Positions 21,225 to 31,285 of a stretch of DNA of 64,000 nucleotides are shown here, in pieces; the stretch's first letter is position 1, and each line of letters begins with the position of its first letter. The position numbers and the translations under genes were made by a program. A model generated the notes under the pieces. The model ran no database searches, was not told the origin of the DNA, and saw only the letters and a list, made by a program, of their open reading frames with translations. Source of the stretch: Candidatus Gottesmanbacteria bacterium (lineage in GTDB: Bacteria; Patescibacteriota; Microgenomatia; UBA10105); the NCBI GenBank assembly GCA_023245415.1, contig JAHFKJ010000004.1, positions 2,798-66,797 of the forward strand, in the 5' to 3' direction.

Positions 21225-23324
21225 ATGAAGCATTTTCGTACCCTTTTCACCATAATTTTTGTCCTAACTTTAATCGTTAGTTCTGTTTTCGCTCAAGTTC
21301 CTACTATTACTTTTTCCCTTGAAACGCAGCAGGCAGTTAAAACCTTGGCTCAGGACATATTGACTAACGGTCTCAATCCTCAGATTTCGGATATAAAAGC
21401 TCAACTTGATCCGCAAGATTACGCCACAGTGAAAACGATCGGCATGTTGCCAGACCATCCTTTTTACTTTTTGAAGGACTGGGGACGCAACTTACGAATC
21501 TTTTTTACCTTTGATCAGATTGGTAAAACACACTTACAACTAAAAAAAGGCAATCAAAAAACTTTAGAAGCTTTGTTACTGCTCGAAAAAGCTATTGCCG
21601 AAAAAGACACTAAAAAACATGACCGACTTATTGCACTCGCCAACTCCACTCTGGAAAACGTGGGGAATGAGTTTGATCAAGTACAACAAACTATCGCTCG
21701 ACTCAAAAGAGACAAATCATCTGACAGGGCCACGGTTCAGGATGACGCCTTCCGTTTTGCCAGTCAGTACTTAAAACATCAAGTCCTACTACAACAACAA
21801 GAAGACCGACTCAACAATGCCGACTTTTTAACCATTGAATCAACTCGTGTTCAACACTTAGGTAGTCTGGCGGATATTGTCGTAGCCAGTAATCGTACTC
21901 CTGAAGTATTTAGTGAACAACTGGTCGAAGTCCTTTCTTCTCAAGTCGGTAGCAACTACAGTCGGTTAAGTTTAATGGCGATTTTGCGAGACCTAGAAAA
22001 CAATGCTAGTGAAACAAACCATAAGTCATTGGAAATTGCCCAATCGCTCCTGCACAAAGAATTCGAAGTTAAACTGAGCAAATTATCCAAAGCTGAACGT
22101 TTAAAACTTATTAGACGGTATGCCAGCTTTATTCACGGCAATCCGATTCGTAAGTTTCAAGCCTACAACTTAATTTCCAAAAGCTTTACGTCGAAAGAGA
22201 TGCAACTCCTTACAGCCAACTTTAAAGACAAAGCTGCCCAAAGTTTTAAAACTCATTTGACTGCTTTAGATACTGAAGTCAGTCAGAAACAATTTGTGCA
22301 AACCTTATTCAGCAGTGATCCCATCGATATTCGGCTCCTGGCCTATACCGAAATTCGACTCCAGAAACCGAAGGTGTTAGGAATAAAAACTCAATTAGCA
22401 CAGGTAAATCTGGTTGCTCCCAAATCACCTACAGAAAACCCCTCGGTGGAACTGCAACATCTCCAAGCTCTCAAAACTATTCTGGACAATCAGTTGTGTC
22501 AAAACTATGGCCAAAATCCAGAAAGTCTAAAAGTTACCCGTTTCTTCACCCAAGCAACTACTCAACCAGATATTCTCGATATCCGAGTCGCTCAATTTGT
22601 GAACCAATCTATAAAAGCTTGCGATTCTAAAACACCGGAAACCAATGCAATAACGACAGAGCTCACAAATCAAATAGAGCAACGCTATATCGATCAAGCC
22701 AAACAAACTAAATTCACTAAACTACCAACAAAAACCAAAGCCAAGGAAATTTTACAAGAAGAACAAATTGAGACAAGCCCTCAAGACGAACAAAAAGTTG
22801 CCGAACAAGTGAGTGAAGAAATTACTCAAATTGAAAAAGAGTTTTCCACCAATCTCACCGTTATCAAGGAAAAAATCACATCCGTTGAAAAAGTTAATGA
22901 TACTGTAACCGACGTCGTCTCCGACGAACAAACTATTATTGAAGAAATTATCCAATCAGACGATCCCACCGATGAAGAGATTGCCGAAAAAGAAGAACAG
23001 ATTATCGAGGAAATTGTGGCCTCTGCCCAAACCGGCACCACCACTCCTCTGACAGAAGAATTGCCCCAAGAAATTCAAAAAGAAATTATTCAGAAAACCG
23101 CCCCGTTTCTCAACCCCAACCCAACGACTACCACCACAATTGTATCCCCGAGGCCGGCAGTCACCGCCGTGCCAATTGCCAGTCCAGCAATAGAACCCTC
23201 ACCAACTTCCACCGTCATTGAACAAGTTATTGAGACTGCAAAACCTGCTATCGAAACAGCAACTAGTCCAGCGCCAGTCGCGCCAGAACCAACTCTCGAA
23301 CCAGCTACAGCTCCTGGCTTATAA
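21225..23324 (+). CDS. Secreted helical protein (DUF5667-like N-terminus, Pro/Thr-rich tail)
   Basis: Signal peptide; GMLPDHPFYFLK motif. Confidence 0.65.
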   Translation: MKHFRTLFTIIFVLTLIVSSVFAQVPTITFSLETQQAVKTLAQDILTNGLNPQISDIKAQLDPQDYATVKTIGMLPDHPFYFLKDWGRNLRIFFTFDQIGKTHLQLKKGNQKTLEALLLLEKAIAEKDTKKHDRLIALANSTLENVGNEFDQVQQTIARLKRDKSSDRATVQDDAFRFASQYLKHQVLLQQQEDRLNNADFLTIESTRVQHLGSLADIVVASNRTPEVFSEQLVEVLSSQVGSNYSRLSLMAILRDLENNASETNHKSLEIAQSLLHKEFEVKLSKLSKAERLKLIRRYASFIHGNPIRKFQAYNLISKSFTSKEMQLLTANFKDKAAQSFKTHLTALDTEVSQKQFVQTLFSSDPIDIRLLAYTEIRLQKPKVLGIKTQLAQVNLVAPKSPTENPSVELQHLQALKTILDNQLCQNYGQNPESLKVTRFFTQATTQPDILDIRVAQFVNQSIKACDSKTPETNAITTELTNQIEQRYIDQAKQTKFTKLPTKTKAKEILQEEQIETSPQDEQKVAEQVSEEITQIEKEFSTNLTVIKEKITSVEKVNDTVTDVVSDEQTIIEEIIQSDDPTDEEIAEKEEQIIEEIVASAQTGTTTPLTEELPQEIQKEIIQKTAPFLNPNPTTTTTIVSPRPAVTAVPIASPAIEPSPTSTVIEQVIETAKPAIETATSPAPVAPEPTLEPATAPGL

Positions 23325-23334
23325 ACAAGAGATT

Positions 23335-23805
23335 ATGAAAAACTGGAAAAACTTAATCGTTTCAGTTCTCCTGTGTGAGTTAGTTGGTATTCTTGGCACT
23401 CCATTTACGCTCTCCGCCATTCCCACCTGGTACGCAACTCTTAATAAACCTTTCTTCGCTCCACCCAACCGGATCTTTGGACCAGCCTGGACACTTTTAT
23501 ACTTTCTGATGGGCGTTTCGTTTTATCTGATTTGGAAACAGGGATGGCGCAAGAAAAAAATAAAAACCGCAGGAATATTTTTTCTGGTTCAACTTGTTCT
23601 CAATTTTTTGTGGTCACCCATTTTTTTTGGACTCAGAGCACCATTACTTGGATTGATCACCATTGTAGCGATGTGGATAATGATTGTGATCACAATGAAG
23701 GAATTTTATCCGTTATCAAAGTTAGCATTTTATCTTTTGGTACCGTATTTAGTGTGGGTAAGTTTTGCTACGGTTTTGAATGCGGCGATTGTGATTTTGA
23801 ATTAA
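23335..23805 (+). CDS. tspO: TspO/MBR tryptophan-rich sensory protein
   Basis: WYATLNKPFFAPP..IFGPAWT; PYLVWVSFA; start moved to ATG 23335. Confidence 0.9.
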   Translation: MKNWKNLIVSVLLCELVGILGTPFTLSAIPTWYATLNKPFFAPPNRIFGPAWTLLYFLMGVSFYLIWKQGWRKKKIKTAGIFFLVQLVLNFLWSPIFFGLRAPLLGLITIVAMWIMIVITMKEFYPLSKLAFYLLVPYLVWVSFATVLNAAIVILN

Positions 23806-23818
23806 GACTTAAACTACC

Positions 23819-24940
23819 CTATTGCCCAAATTTAATAAACCGATTCAGATTGGAGCCTAAATTCCAATGCGTAGCTAGATAGCTACCCGGTTCAGGCTTG
23901 GGATTAAAATAGTCATCGTTATTACAATCAAAGTGGAAGGGGAAAAGTCCTGGACACAAATTACCAAACACTTCCCCTGGGCCATCTGACTTACACATGA
24001 TATCTGTGCCTCCTTTACCAATAGTTTGAGAATCAATGCAATGCTTTTGTCCATCTGTTCTTTCTTTTTTTGTGGCATGAGGAGCGCTGGGTTGGACAGC
24101 TCCCAAAGTGTGGGCATATTCGTGAAGGATGAGAATTGGGCCCATCATGTCATAACCAATTCCAAAATATTGGCGCATCACCTCCTCATCAACTTTATAA
24201 GAAAAGGCATAATCTGGTCCAGAGTTATAGACATTATCAATTGTCAGCCGATCGTCAGGGCCTTTTAAACTATTTTGAGCAATACATGGGGCAACCGCAC
24301 CGTTTTGACTGCAACCTGAAGCTTTACCATCGTAATGAACCACATATTTTACAGTCTTTTTATTATGTCCCAGCACACCAAGATCTCGGATTAAAACACC
24401 TCGTGTATCTGAAGCGTTAAAATAGTAATCGCTAGTATTTGGCAGGACTGCTTCAATTACCGAAATTTCTCCTTGATCACATAAAACTTTGAAATCTGCA
24501 GATACATTAAACTTTTTCGCTTCCGCGCTAACTATGCCATCGGCACTTTTAAACCATGACCTAAGTTTTGGTGCCATCTCTGGATACCTACTGGTGGTAT
24601 TTTTGGCCCGGATATAGATAATTTCTGTATGATAATCAGAAGCGTCTACACAAACAGGTTGGCCAGAGCCATAAAATGAAGACCTGTCGCCACTTCCGGG
24701 AAATTTGGGAATTTGCAGACTTTTAGCAGTCTGTTTTGTTATTGCGTCTTGGGTTTTTTGGTAGATGATGCGTGCACTAATAACTATGGCGATAACTACG
24801 TTGATCGCCACTGTAATCACTAGCGTAGTAATAATGATTTTTTTAAGATTATTTTTCTTCACTAGTATTAGTGTATCATAAATAAAACTATACGGATGAG
24901 TACTTCTGGCTCTGCTTAGTGGATGATATTCGAAATTCAC
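23819..24940 (-). CDS. Membrane-anchored zinc metallopeptidase-like protein
   Basis: HEYAHTLG (HExxH), Met-turn-like DIMC, multiple Cys. Confidence 0.65.
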   Translation of the reverse strand: MNFEYHPLSRARSTHPYSFIYDTLILVKKNNLKKIIITTLVITVAINVVIAIVISARIIYQKTQDAITKQTAKSLQIPKFPGSGDRSSFYGSGQPVCVDASDYHTEIIYIRAKNTTSRYPEMAPKLRSWFKSADGIVSAEAKKFNVSADFKVLCDQGEISVIEAVLPNTSDYYFNASDTRGVLIRDLGVLGHNKKTVKYVVHYDGKASGCSQNGAVAPCIAQNSLKGPDDRLTIDNVYNSGPDYAFSYKVDEEVMRQYFGIGYDMMGPILILHEYAHTLGAVQPSAPHATKKERTDGQKHCIDSQTIGKGGTDIMCKSDGPGEVFGNLCPGLFPFHFDCNNDDYFNPKPEPGSYLATHWNLGSNLNRFIKFGQ

Positions 24941-25155
24941 TCAATACCAAAACGCAAACCAGAATACAGACCCGACTAGAAATAGCCAAGGCGACGCTAA
25001 TAAAAAATAGTAAACTGGGCTTGCTTCATTCACAGTTCTATTCACACTCCAGTATTGTTGTCCTTACCATATCAGGTGATGAGGCTAATATTACATTTAC
25101 AACTAAAGGTGATATATTTTTACTCAGGTAATTTATAACTTTATTACAACCCAAA

Positions 25156-25572
25156 CTATGAATACATCCGTTTACTATGAAATGAATTTTCCACAAGCGT
25201 TGCCAATATTTTTTGGTCCACATCGGAAAGTTTATTAATATACAAACATCCACCGCCTTCTTTGTGTTTGCCAAGTTTAGTAAGTATGTCTTTATTTTTT
25301 TCATTGCCGTGCATAATATAAAGGGTTAAATTTTGTTTTCTGGGCGAAAATCCAACTAATTGCCAATCTCCTTCTTGTCTACTTCTTTCCGATTTGTAGT
25401 GATATTTTCCAAACCCTACAATGCTTGATCCCCACATAACAGGTTTTTCTCTGGTGATTTTTGTAAACATTTCAAGAAGGACAAGACTATCTACTCTTTT
25501 TTGTTCTGGCTCAATCGTATTTAAAAAATCTTTGGGATCCTGATCTGTTGGTTTTGTTTTTGGTTCTGCCAT
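25156..25572 (-). CDS. DUF1801 (YdhG-like) protein
   Basis: MWGSSIVGFGKYHY...GFSPRK..LTLY...LGKHK..CLYI. Confidence 0.85.
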   Translation of the reverse strand: MAEPKTKPTDQDPKDFLNTIEPEQKRVDSLVLLEMFTKITREKPVMWGSSIVGFGKYHYKSERSRQEGDWQLVGFSPRKQNLTLYIMHGNEKNKDILTKLGKHKEGGGCLYINKLSDVDQKILATLVENSFHSKRMYS

Positions 25573-25754
25573 AAAGCAATTATATCAACGGCTCAATTGT
25601 AGTAAAAATTGGACACCTCAGAAACTTTTGTTTTTACTTTTGAATAATGGATATAAAAATAATTTTAGAAAATTTACACGAAAGCTCAAAACTTAATAAA
25701 AATTATTCTTCAATATAATTTTGATTACAAGTCTAAAGTGATCTTATCTTAACT

Positions 25755-26426
25755 TCAGTATGATCCTATTTTGAAGGGTTCAGACGGTTCGTAAGTTGCA
25801 ATTATTACTCCGGTTGAGGTGATTTTTGTGTCAACCGGTTTAAAGCGCTGGGGACGAGTACCTTCCGCGAATAATTTTTTGCCGATGCCCAACGTCACAG
25901 GAAATGTCCAGATGTACATTCGATCTATTAAGTGGTGCCTAAGGAGCGTTTGTATAAGATTGCCGCTACCCCATACCCACAAGTCGGGACCTCCGCCAGC
26001 TGGCGGATTAATTTTCAGCTTTTTTATTTCCGAAACTACATCTCCGCCTGTCCTGAGCGACCCGCCCTGAGTCTTGTCGAAGGGAGTCGAAGGAGTGATA
26101 AGTATGGAATTGTTCCAAGAAAGTTTAAAAGGTTTATGTGAAACAACATACTTCTTCGTGCTATTCCACGGCTTAGCTATACGAGGTTCTTGTTTATCAG
26201 TTGGCCAATAACTCGCAAAAATTTCGTAGGTGCGTTTTCCCAAGAGTAGTTCAAAAGGAATAGCCATGAAGTCATCCAAAATCTTGTCCGCCACTTCGTC
26301 CCCGTAGTTCCCGCCTAACTGCCAACCTCCGTACTTAAATCCGTTTGAAGTATCTTCCTCCGGTCCTCCCGGAGCCTGCATAACCCCGTCAAGGGTAACA
26401 AATGTTGTTGTTATAATTTTTCTCAT
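25755..26426 (-). CDS. RibD C-terminal/DHFR-family protein (type A) carrying a 16-aa palindrome-derived insertion
   Basis: TLDGVMQAPGG, LLGKRTY, WGSGNLIQTL, GKKLF; paralog of 35093-35710. Confidence 0.9.
   Translation of the reverse strand: MRKIITTTFVTLDGVMQAPGGPEEDTSNGFKYGGWQLGGNYGDEVADKILDDFMAIPFELLLGKRTYEIFASYWPTDKQEPRIAKPWNSTKKYVVSHKPFKLSWNNSILITPSTPFDKTQGGSLRTGGDVVSEIKKLKINPPAGGGPDLWVWGSGNLIQTLLRHHLIDRMYIWTFPVTLGIGKKLFAEGTRPQRFKPVDTKITSTGVIIATYEPSEPFKIGSY
26046..26093. repeat. Two nested 24-bp palindromic elements inserted in frame
   Basis: Minus strand CCTTCGACT[CCCTTCGACAAGACTCAGGGCGGG]TCGCTCAGGACAGGC; absent from the paralog. Confidence 0.85.
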
Positions 26427-26487
26427 ATCAAAATATCTAACATTTAATGGCTCCACCTGATGGAAAATACCAGAACTTATTTCCTAA

Positions 26488-27045
26488 CTACTTAACCAAC
26501 CGAAAAGTCATGCTCGTTCTAACACGGGTAATTTCTTCAGTTTTAGTTCTTTCAAGCTTTATCTTATCTGTGTCTATATTTTCAAATAGTTTTAGTCCTT
26601 TTCCAAGAAGAACAGGCATAATATCTATCTGTAATTCATCACATAACCCCGCATTAAGGCATTGCTGAATCGTGCTTGCACCTATCACCTGAATATCTTT
26701 GTCACTTGCTGCTTTCTTTGCCTGAGAAATAGCACTCTCAATACCATCAGTTACAAATGTAAATGTTAGTTTGTCATTTCCTTTGGGATACTTTGCTGGA
26801 GGTGTATGTGTCAAGACAAAAATGGGAGCTTGAAATTCATAAGTCTCGTTAGCCCACGAAAATGGGTCTGCCATCTCATACACATATCTCCCCATAATAA
26901 CAGCTCTTGTGTTTTTAATCATTTCCTGAAAAGTTGGAGCATCATGGAGTTCACTAAAATCTGAATACAGCTTTTCTACGCTTCCTGCTGAATCGTTAAT
27001 GTATCCGTCCAAAGACATACTCATTCCAGCAATTATTTTCCCCAT
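26488..27045 (-). CDS. RibD C-terminal/DHFR-family protein (type B)
   Basis: MSLDGYI, MGR.VY, PVLLGKGLKLF; near-identical to 36776-37336. Confidence 0.9.
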   Translation of the reverse strand: MGKIIAGMSMSLDGYINDSAGSVEKLYSDFSELHDAPTFQEMIKNTRAVIMGRYVYEMADPFSWANETYEFQAPIFVLTHTPPAKYPKGNDKLTFTFVTDGIESAISQAKKAASDKDIQVIGASTIQQCLNAGLCDELQIDIMPVLLGKGLKLFENIDTDKIKLERTKTEEITRVRTSMTFRLVK

Positions 27046-27079
27046 GATGAAATTATAACAGAAGGCTCGAACAGTCCAA

Positions 27080-27310
27080 TTACTTATCAAAAACTATTTT
27101 TCCGTTTTTACATATAACTTGTATCCCTGAATTTGTTTGAAAACGTTCCTTGTTTTTCAACTCGATGAACCCTTTACCATCATCATAAAGGCACCCATTA
27201 CCTATTAACCAGTTATTCCCTAAAAAAACCAATACAAGAAATGCTACAAAGAATAATACAAGTAATGTACTTAGTATTAGAAGTACATGTTTTCGATTTT
27301 TTTTCACCAC
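27080..27310 (-). CDS. Small membrane-anchored protein
   Basis: TM plus two Cys; bracketed by duplicated AATTATA.CAGA..G.TCGAACAGTCCAA. Confidence 0.55.
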   Translation of the reverse strand: MVKKNRKHVLLILSTLLVLFFVAFLVLVFLGNNWLIGNGCLYDDGKGFIELKNKERFQTNSGIQVICKNGKIVFDK

Positions 27311-27320
27311 CTAATTATAG

Positions 27321-27380
27321 CAGAGGTTCGAACAGTCCAACAAAGGGTATAAAAAAAATGAGGCTAATTTTATTGGCTCG
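27321..27380 (+). repeat. Boundary repeat arm B, copy 1
   Basis: GTCCAAC-N3-GGGTAT-N8-TGAGGCTAATTTTAT-TGGCTC; same spacing at 35021 and 37818, one nt shorter at 37365. Confidence 0.8.
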
Positions 27381-27738
27381 AAAAATAGACCGCTTCCCGA
27401 GAAACAGACTGGATTACGGAATAAGAATTTCCTGAATTTACAATGAAGTAAGCACAAGTTAAAGTTAAGACAATTTACTTTTGAACAAATTAGTTACCAA
27501 AGAAACTTCGAAAATATCAGGCATTTAATTTTAAATAGAAAGAATGTGTTAAATCGGTAGGTGTCTAGCTATTTCACCCGGGGGGTGGGATTACACCAGT
27601 GTCAATATTCCTAGACATCTCCTAAATGTCAATGGGTGAAAATCACTATATCGCTTTAGATTTTATAAAAAGTCAAGATTAAAGTCTCAAACACTCGCAC
27701 TCATCCTAGAACTCATAATTACTATATAATAAGTTTAT

Positions 27739-27996
27739 ATGTCAACAACTGATGACACATTTTCAATTGGGACTAAAGTTAAAATTCTCAGTGATCCAGA
27801 GTCTGGACCTGGTCCATGGCCAGCTCAGCCTACGGGAACTATCATTTCCGACGCAGAAATAGTAGATGGAAGAAATGGACCTCTAAATACATACTGGGTT
27901 CAATTTGATGAACCTCAATATGATACCGACAGAAGTGGTCCTTATTCAAAATCTCAAGTATTAGAAAAGTATCTTATGGTCCAGGGACGGTCCTAA
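27739..27996 (+). CDS. Hypothetical protein (SH3-like)
   Basis: GPWPAQPTG..YWVQFDEPQ.D..GPY; stop codon lies inside repeat A. Confidence 0.6.
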   Translation: MSTTDDTFSIGTKVKILSDPESGPGPWPAQPTGTIISDAEIVDGRNGPLNTYWVQFDEPQYDTDRSGPYSKSQVLEKYLMVQGRS

Positions 27997-28047
27997 AACT
28001 AACCGTCACAACAATCTAAAAATAGCATAGTTTTATTGGATCCCCCG
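27985..28047 (+). repeat. Boundary repeat arm A, copy 1
   Basis: GGACGGTCCTAAAACTAACCGTCACAACAATCTAAAAATAGCATAGTTTTATTGGATCCCCC. Confidence 0.85.
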
Positions 28048-28112
28048 GACGGTTGCTACTCGGACTTTAAGGGAATACCTGTTTACTTGGCAAGCCACTG
28101 TATAATACCTTC

Positions 28113-28865
28113 ATGTGTGGATTTTACGCCAGAGCAGAACTTACTCCTACTGACTTTCAAAAACTCTATGGAGTGGACGATATTGATGATGCGCTACTTT
28201 CTCCGCGGTACAATATCCGACCCGGAACAGTAAATGTCGTGGTCACCCGCAACTCACCGAATAAGGCACAAGGGATGCTCTGGTCTTATTTACCCGATTG
28301 GCCAGGATTTCCGGAAAGCAGAGCAGTTATTAACGCACGAATTGAAAGTATAAAGGAAGGCAAGTCTTTCTTTAAAAAAGCGTTTCTATCACAAAGGTGT
28401 ATTGTCCCTGCGTCTCAATGGGTGGAGTGGGCACCAGTGTCAGGAATCAAAATACCTCATGCATTTAAATTGAAGGGTAGGGATAATTTTTCTTTTGCTG
28501 GGCTGTGGAGTGAATATACCAATCGGAATGGCAAACGAATTAAGGGCTACTGCATTATCACTACCGAACCCAATCCCCTCGCATCCAAAGTTCATAATCG
28601 ACAACCCGCAATTTTAAGAAAAAGTGATGAGAATACATGGCTTGATCCCGATGAAAAAGATATGGTCACTCTTTTGAAATGCCTCGACGTTTACCCGCAA
28701 TCTGACATGGAAGCATACCCAATAGTCAGAGATTTGAGCGAAAATAGTCCAGATATTCTAAAACCTATTACTAAAAATCAGCTCGAAACTCAAATAGCTA
28801 AAAAGCCAAAACTTGCAAAACGATTGAAAACTAAGATACCTTTTGGACAAGTACAATTGGTTTAA
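28113..28865 (+). CDS. SRAP (YedK/HMCES-like) abasic-site-protecting protein
   Basis: N-terminal MCG (Cys2), PRYNI, INARIE, EW, FAGLW, HNRQP. Confidence 0.9.
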   Translation: MCGFYARAELTPTDFQKLYGVDDIDDALLSPRYNIRPGTVNVVVTRNSPNKAQGMLWSYLPDWPGFPESRAVINARIESIKEGKSFFKKAFLSQRCIVPASQWVEWAPVSGIKIPHAFKLKGRDNFSFAGLWSEYTNRNGKRIKGYCIITTEPNPLASKVHNRQPAILRKSDENTWLDPDEKDMVTLLKCLDVYPQSDMEAYPIVRDLSENSPDILKPITKNQLETQIAKKPKLAKRLKTKIPFGQVQLV

Positions 28866-29027
28866 TTTTAAAAATCTCTTGACTTGACTCCCCAATATTA
28901 GCGTACTTCGAACGTATTTTACTGAAGGTGAAAAGGATTTACAACCGATTTTTGTTTAGTCGGTCTGTACGCAATGGATGATAGTTCGAACTAATTATAC
29001 ACAATCGTAGTTATATTGCGGGGGTTA

Positions 29028-29112
29028 TGGTTCGATTATCCTCACCATCCTGAGCTTGTCTAAGGATTTACCCTGAACGAAGCTGAACGACACGCCAGTC
29101 CACCTCTGGCGG
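29028..29112. repeat. Cluster of short palindromic elements
   Basis: TGGTTCGA..CTCACCA, TCCTGAGCTTGTCTAAGGA and CGCCAG..CTGGCG; same families as 26046-26093 and 25992. Confidence 0.65.
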
Positions 29113-29123
29113 AAAAATAGATC

Positions 29124-29573
29124 CTAATTTTCTTTTACTTGTACGATACGTTCATAGAAAACTTTCGGTTCAATAATCTGTAACCGCTTAAGTGGAGGAT
29201 GACTTCTGAGAATCAAAAGATCTTTATCCCCGGTAACCAGATAGTCTGCCTTACCACCAAGTGCACAAGTAATTATTTTGGCATCTTTCGGATCACGGAT
29301 TGCTACAGGTGAATGTGGAATAGGTGTAATCATTTTAGCTTTGCGTTTAAATAAATTGAGAAATGCGGCGATTTTTTTGTCGGTAAGGTGGTACTTCGCA
29401 GTTAATTTTGTACGTTTAAGTACCTCTTCAACTTCTATAAATAAACCCTGAGTGCTTATGATTAAAAAGTTGTTTTCCCGCCACAATTCAAGAATTAAAT
29501 AGGGGAATCCACGCTCAAGGATGATACCACTGACGAAAACGTTAGTATCAATCGTTACTCTGAGCTTTGTCAT
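29124..29573 (-). CDS. PIN-domain toxin
   Basis: IDTNVFVS...RDPKD...LVTGDKDLL. Confidence 0.9.
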   Translation of the reverse strand: MTKLRVTIDTNVFVSGIILERGFPYLILELWRENNFLIISTQGLFIEVEEVLKRTKLTAKYHLTDKKIAAFLNLFKRKAKMITPIPHSPVAIRDPKDAKIITCALGGKADYLVTGDKDLLILRSHPPLKRLQIIEPKVFYERIVQVKEN

Positions 29574-29865
29574 ATAACTCTTGTCGAACTTGTTCCGTAA
29601 TCTCAGTTATTTCTTTATACACTTCGTCTGGATTTTTATCTCGGTTTTTCTTGCGGATGGCATCAATCATAGTAAAAGCTGCTTGTTCTTGCTGTAGTTC
29701 GTTGTATTTGTCCAACATCTCCAAACTGATAATCGCCGCTTGTGGAGCATTATTGGTCATCACGACTACTGGCCGTTTGGTCTTTTTGACCCGAGCAAAA
29801 ACTTTTTTATACCCGCGCTGAATTTCGCGGGCAGAAATAGTGGATGGAAAAGTGTATGTCAACAT
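29548..29865 (-). CDS. Phd/YefM-type antitoxin
   Basis: ISAREIQR...PVVVM.NN.P.AAII; overlaps the PIN gene. Confidence 0.8.
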   Translation of the reverse strand: MLTYTFPSTISAREIQRGYKKVFARVKKTKRPVVVMTNNAPQAAIISLEMLDKYNELQQEQAAFTMIDAIRKKNRDKNPDEVYKEITEITEQVRQELYDKAQSND

Positions 29866-30028
29866 ACATACCAGTATAGAAGAATTTTAACTGTATGTCA
29901 AGTTGATGACAAATTTTCTAAAAATGCAGCTGGTTATTTTGAGGGTTATACATAATATACCTGCTGAATATATTTGAGACATTGAGCTTAATAGAATGTA
30001 ACAATAGTACATTGGGGTTTATCCCATA

Positions 30029-30754
30029 TCAGTTGTTAGCCGAGCTTGTAAACTCTAAACCTGATATTCCTCTATACCGTATACGTTCTGGGAGACTGTT
30101 GATTCCTCGCGGATATTTCAGCATAACGCGTTTATACGATGGTGCTAAAATTGTCTCCGATTGTTGTGCAACAGCATGATGGAGAAAATGTGCTTCGGTT
30201 GCCTCAGCCCTTGGGTTAATGTTCGGCTGATCGACAGTCAACCTGCCATTTGCCATGTCCCGTACATGAGAACAAATCCAGGCCATTGTGGCTAGTGCCT
30301 CAATCGGTTTGGTTTGTGCTTTAACAATAAATTCAGGCGGTATGAGTACGTACGCTACTTCTTCCACCTGTTGTTTGCCTTTAGTCGCCGCAAATAAGAC
30401 GTGTGGTTCGTCATGTTTGCTTTGCATTGTGAGAGCTAATTGGGGAGGCATACCTAGCTGAATTGCTGCAGCAATCATATTATCGGTAAGCGCCGTAGCT
30501 ACCCGGAGCTGATTCATTATCCACCAAGCGGTTGTTCCAACTTCCTGCATATACTGATCATGCCCTCTGTTGGCAAAATAAGCTACCCCTGCTGTGAAGA
30601 AATCACTGGTTGCTTGGGCTACCTTTTCCCAAGGAGCATCTCTCACATGTTCTATTGTGTTACCAACCGTATAGTGGGTTTTCACCACTACATTAAATAC
30701 ATCTACAAGACGCTCACTTGAAGGCAAATATGAATTTCCATCTTCAACAGGCAT
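30029..30754 (-). CDS. Hypothetical protein
   Basis: 241-aa ORF. Confidence 0.6.
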   Translation of the reverse strand: MPVEDGNSYLPSSERLVDVFNVVVKTHYTVGNTIEHVRDAPWEKVAQATSDFFTAGVAYFANRGHDQYMQEVGTTAWWIMNQLRVATALTDNMIAAAIQLGMPPQLALTMQSKHDEPHVLFAATKGKQQVEEVAYVLIPPEFIVKAQTKPIEALATMAWICSHVRDMANGRLTVDQPNINPRAEATEAHFLHHAVAQQSETILAPSYKRVMLKYPRGINSLPERIRYRGISGLEFTSSANN

Positions 30755-31285
30755 ATATCAATAGTTGTTAAAACTTATGAATCAGTAGAATGTGGAAGGA
30801 TAACAAAAGTTTCTAGGTTTGTCAATATATAGGTTATTATATAATTAACATTAAACTGTAATTATGAGGCTAATTTAAGGATTAATATGTCGATTAATAT
30901 TTTCTTATAGGTCGTCATTATAGAAGTAACATTCTATCTTAGAACTTACATTCAAACTATTCTGGCTTAAGTAATTTCTGATCGTCGTTATACGGATCGT
31001 TAACACGTGTACTGATCCTTTATGCCTGCATGTTTGATACGTCATAATGCTTTAAGAGTGAAAAAAGTGTGGCAATCTGAGTGATTTCCATTCTGGGATT
31101 GGTATGTGCCTGCACCTCAGTAGATTCTTCCGCTCCCCCGTACAATTGCTACTCTGACATTGAGGGAACATCTGTTTGACTCTCTTAACATGAAAGTATA
31201 TCAGAAGTCTTACTCTAATTTGAAGTAGAAGTGATTTAAATTGTTGCAAATATCTAACTCAGCCTAGTGGAGGATGTTCGGAATT

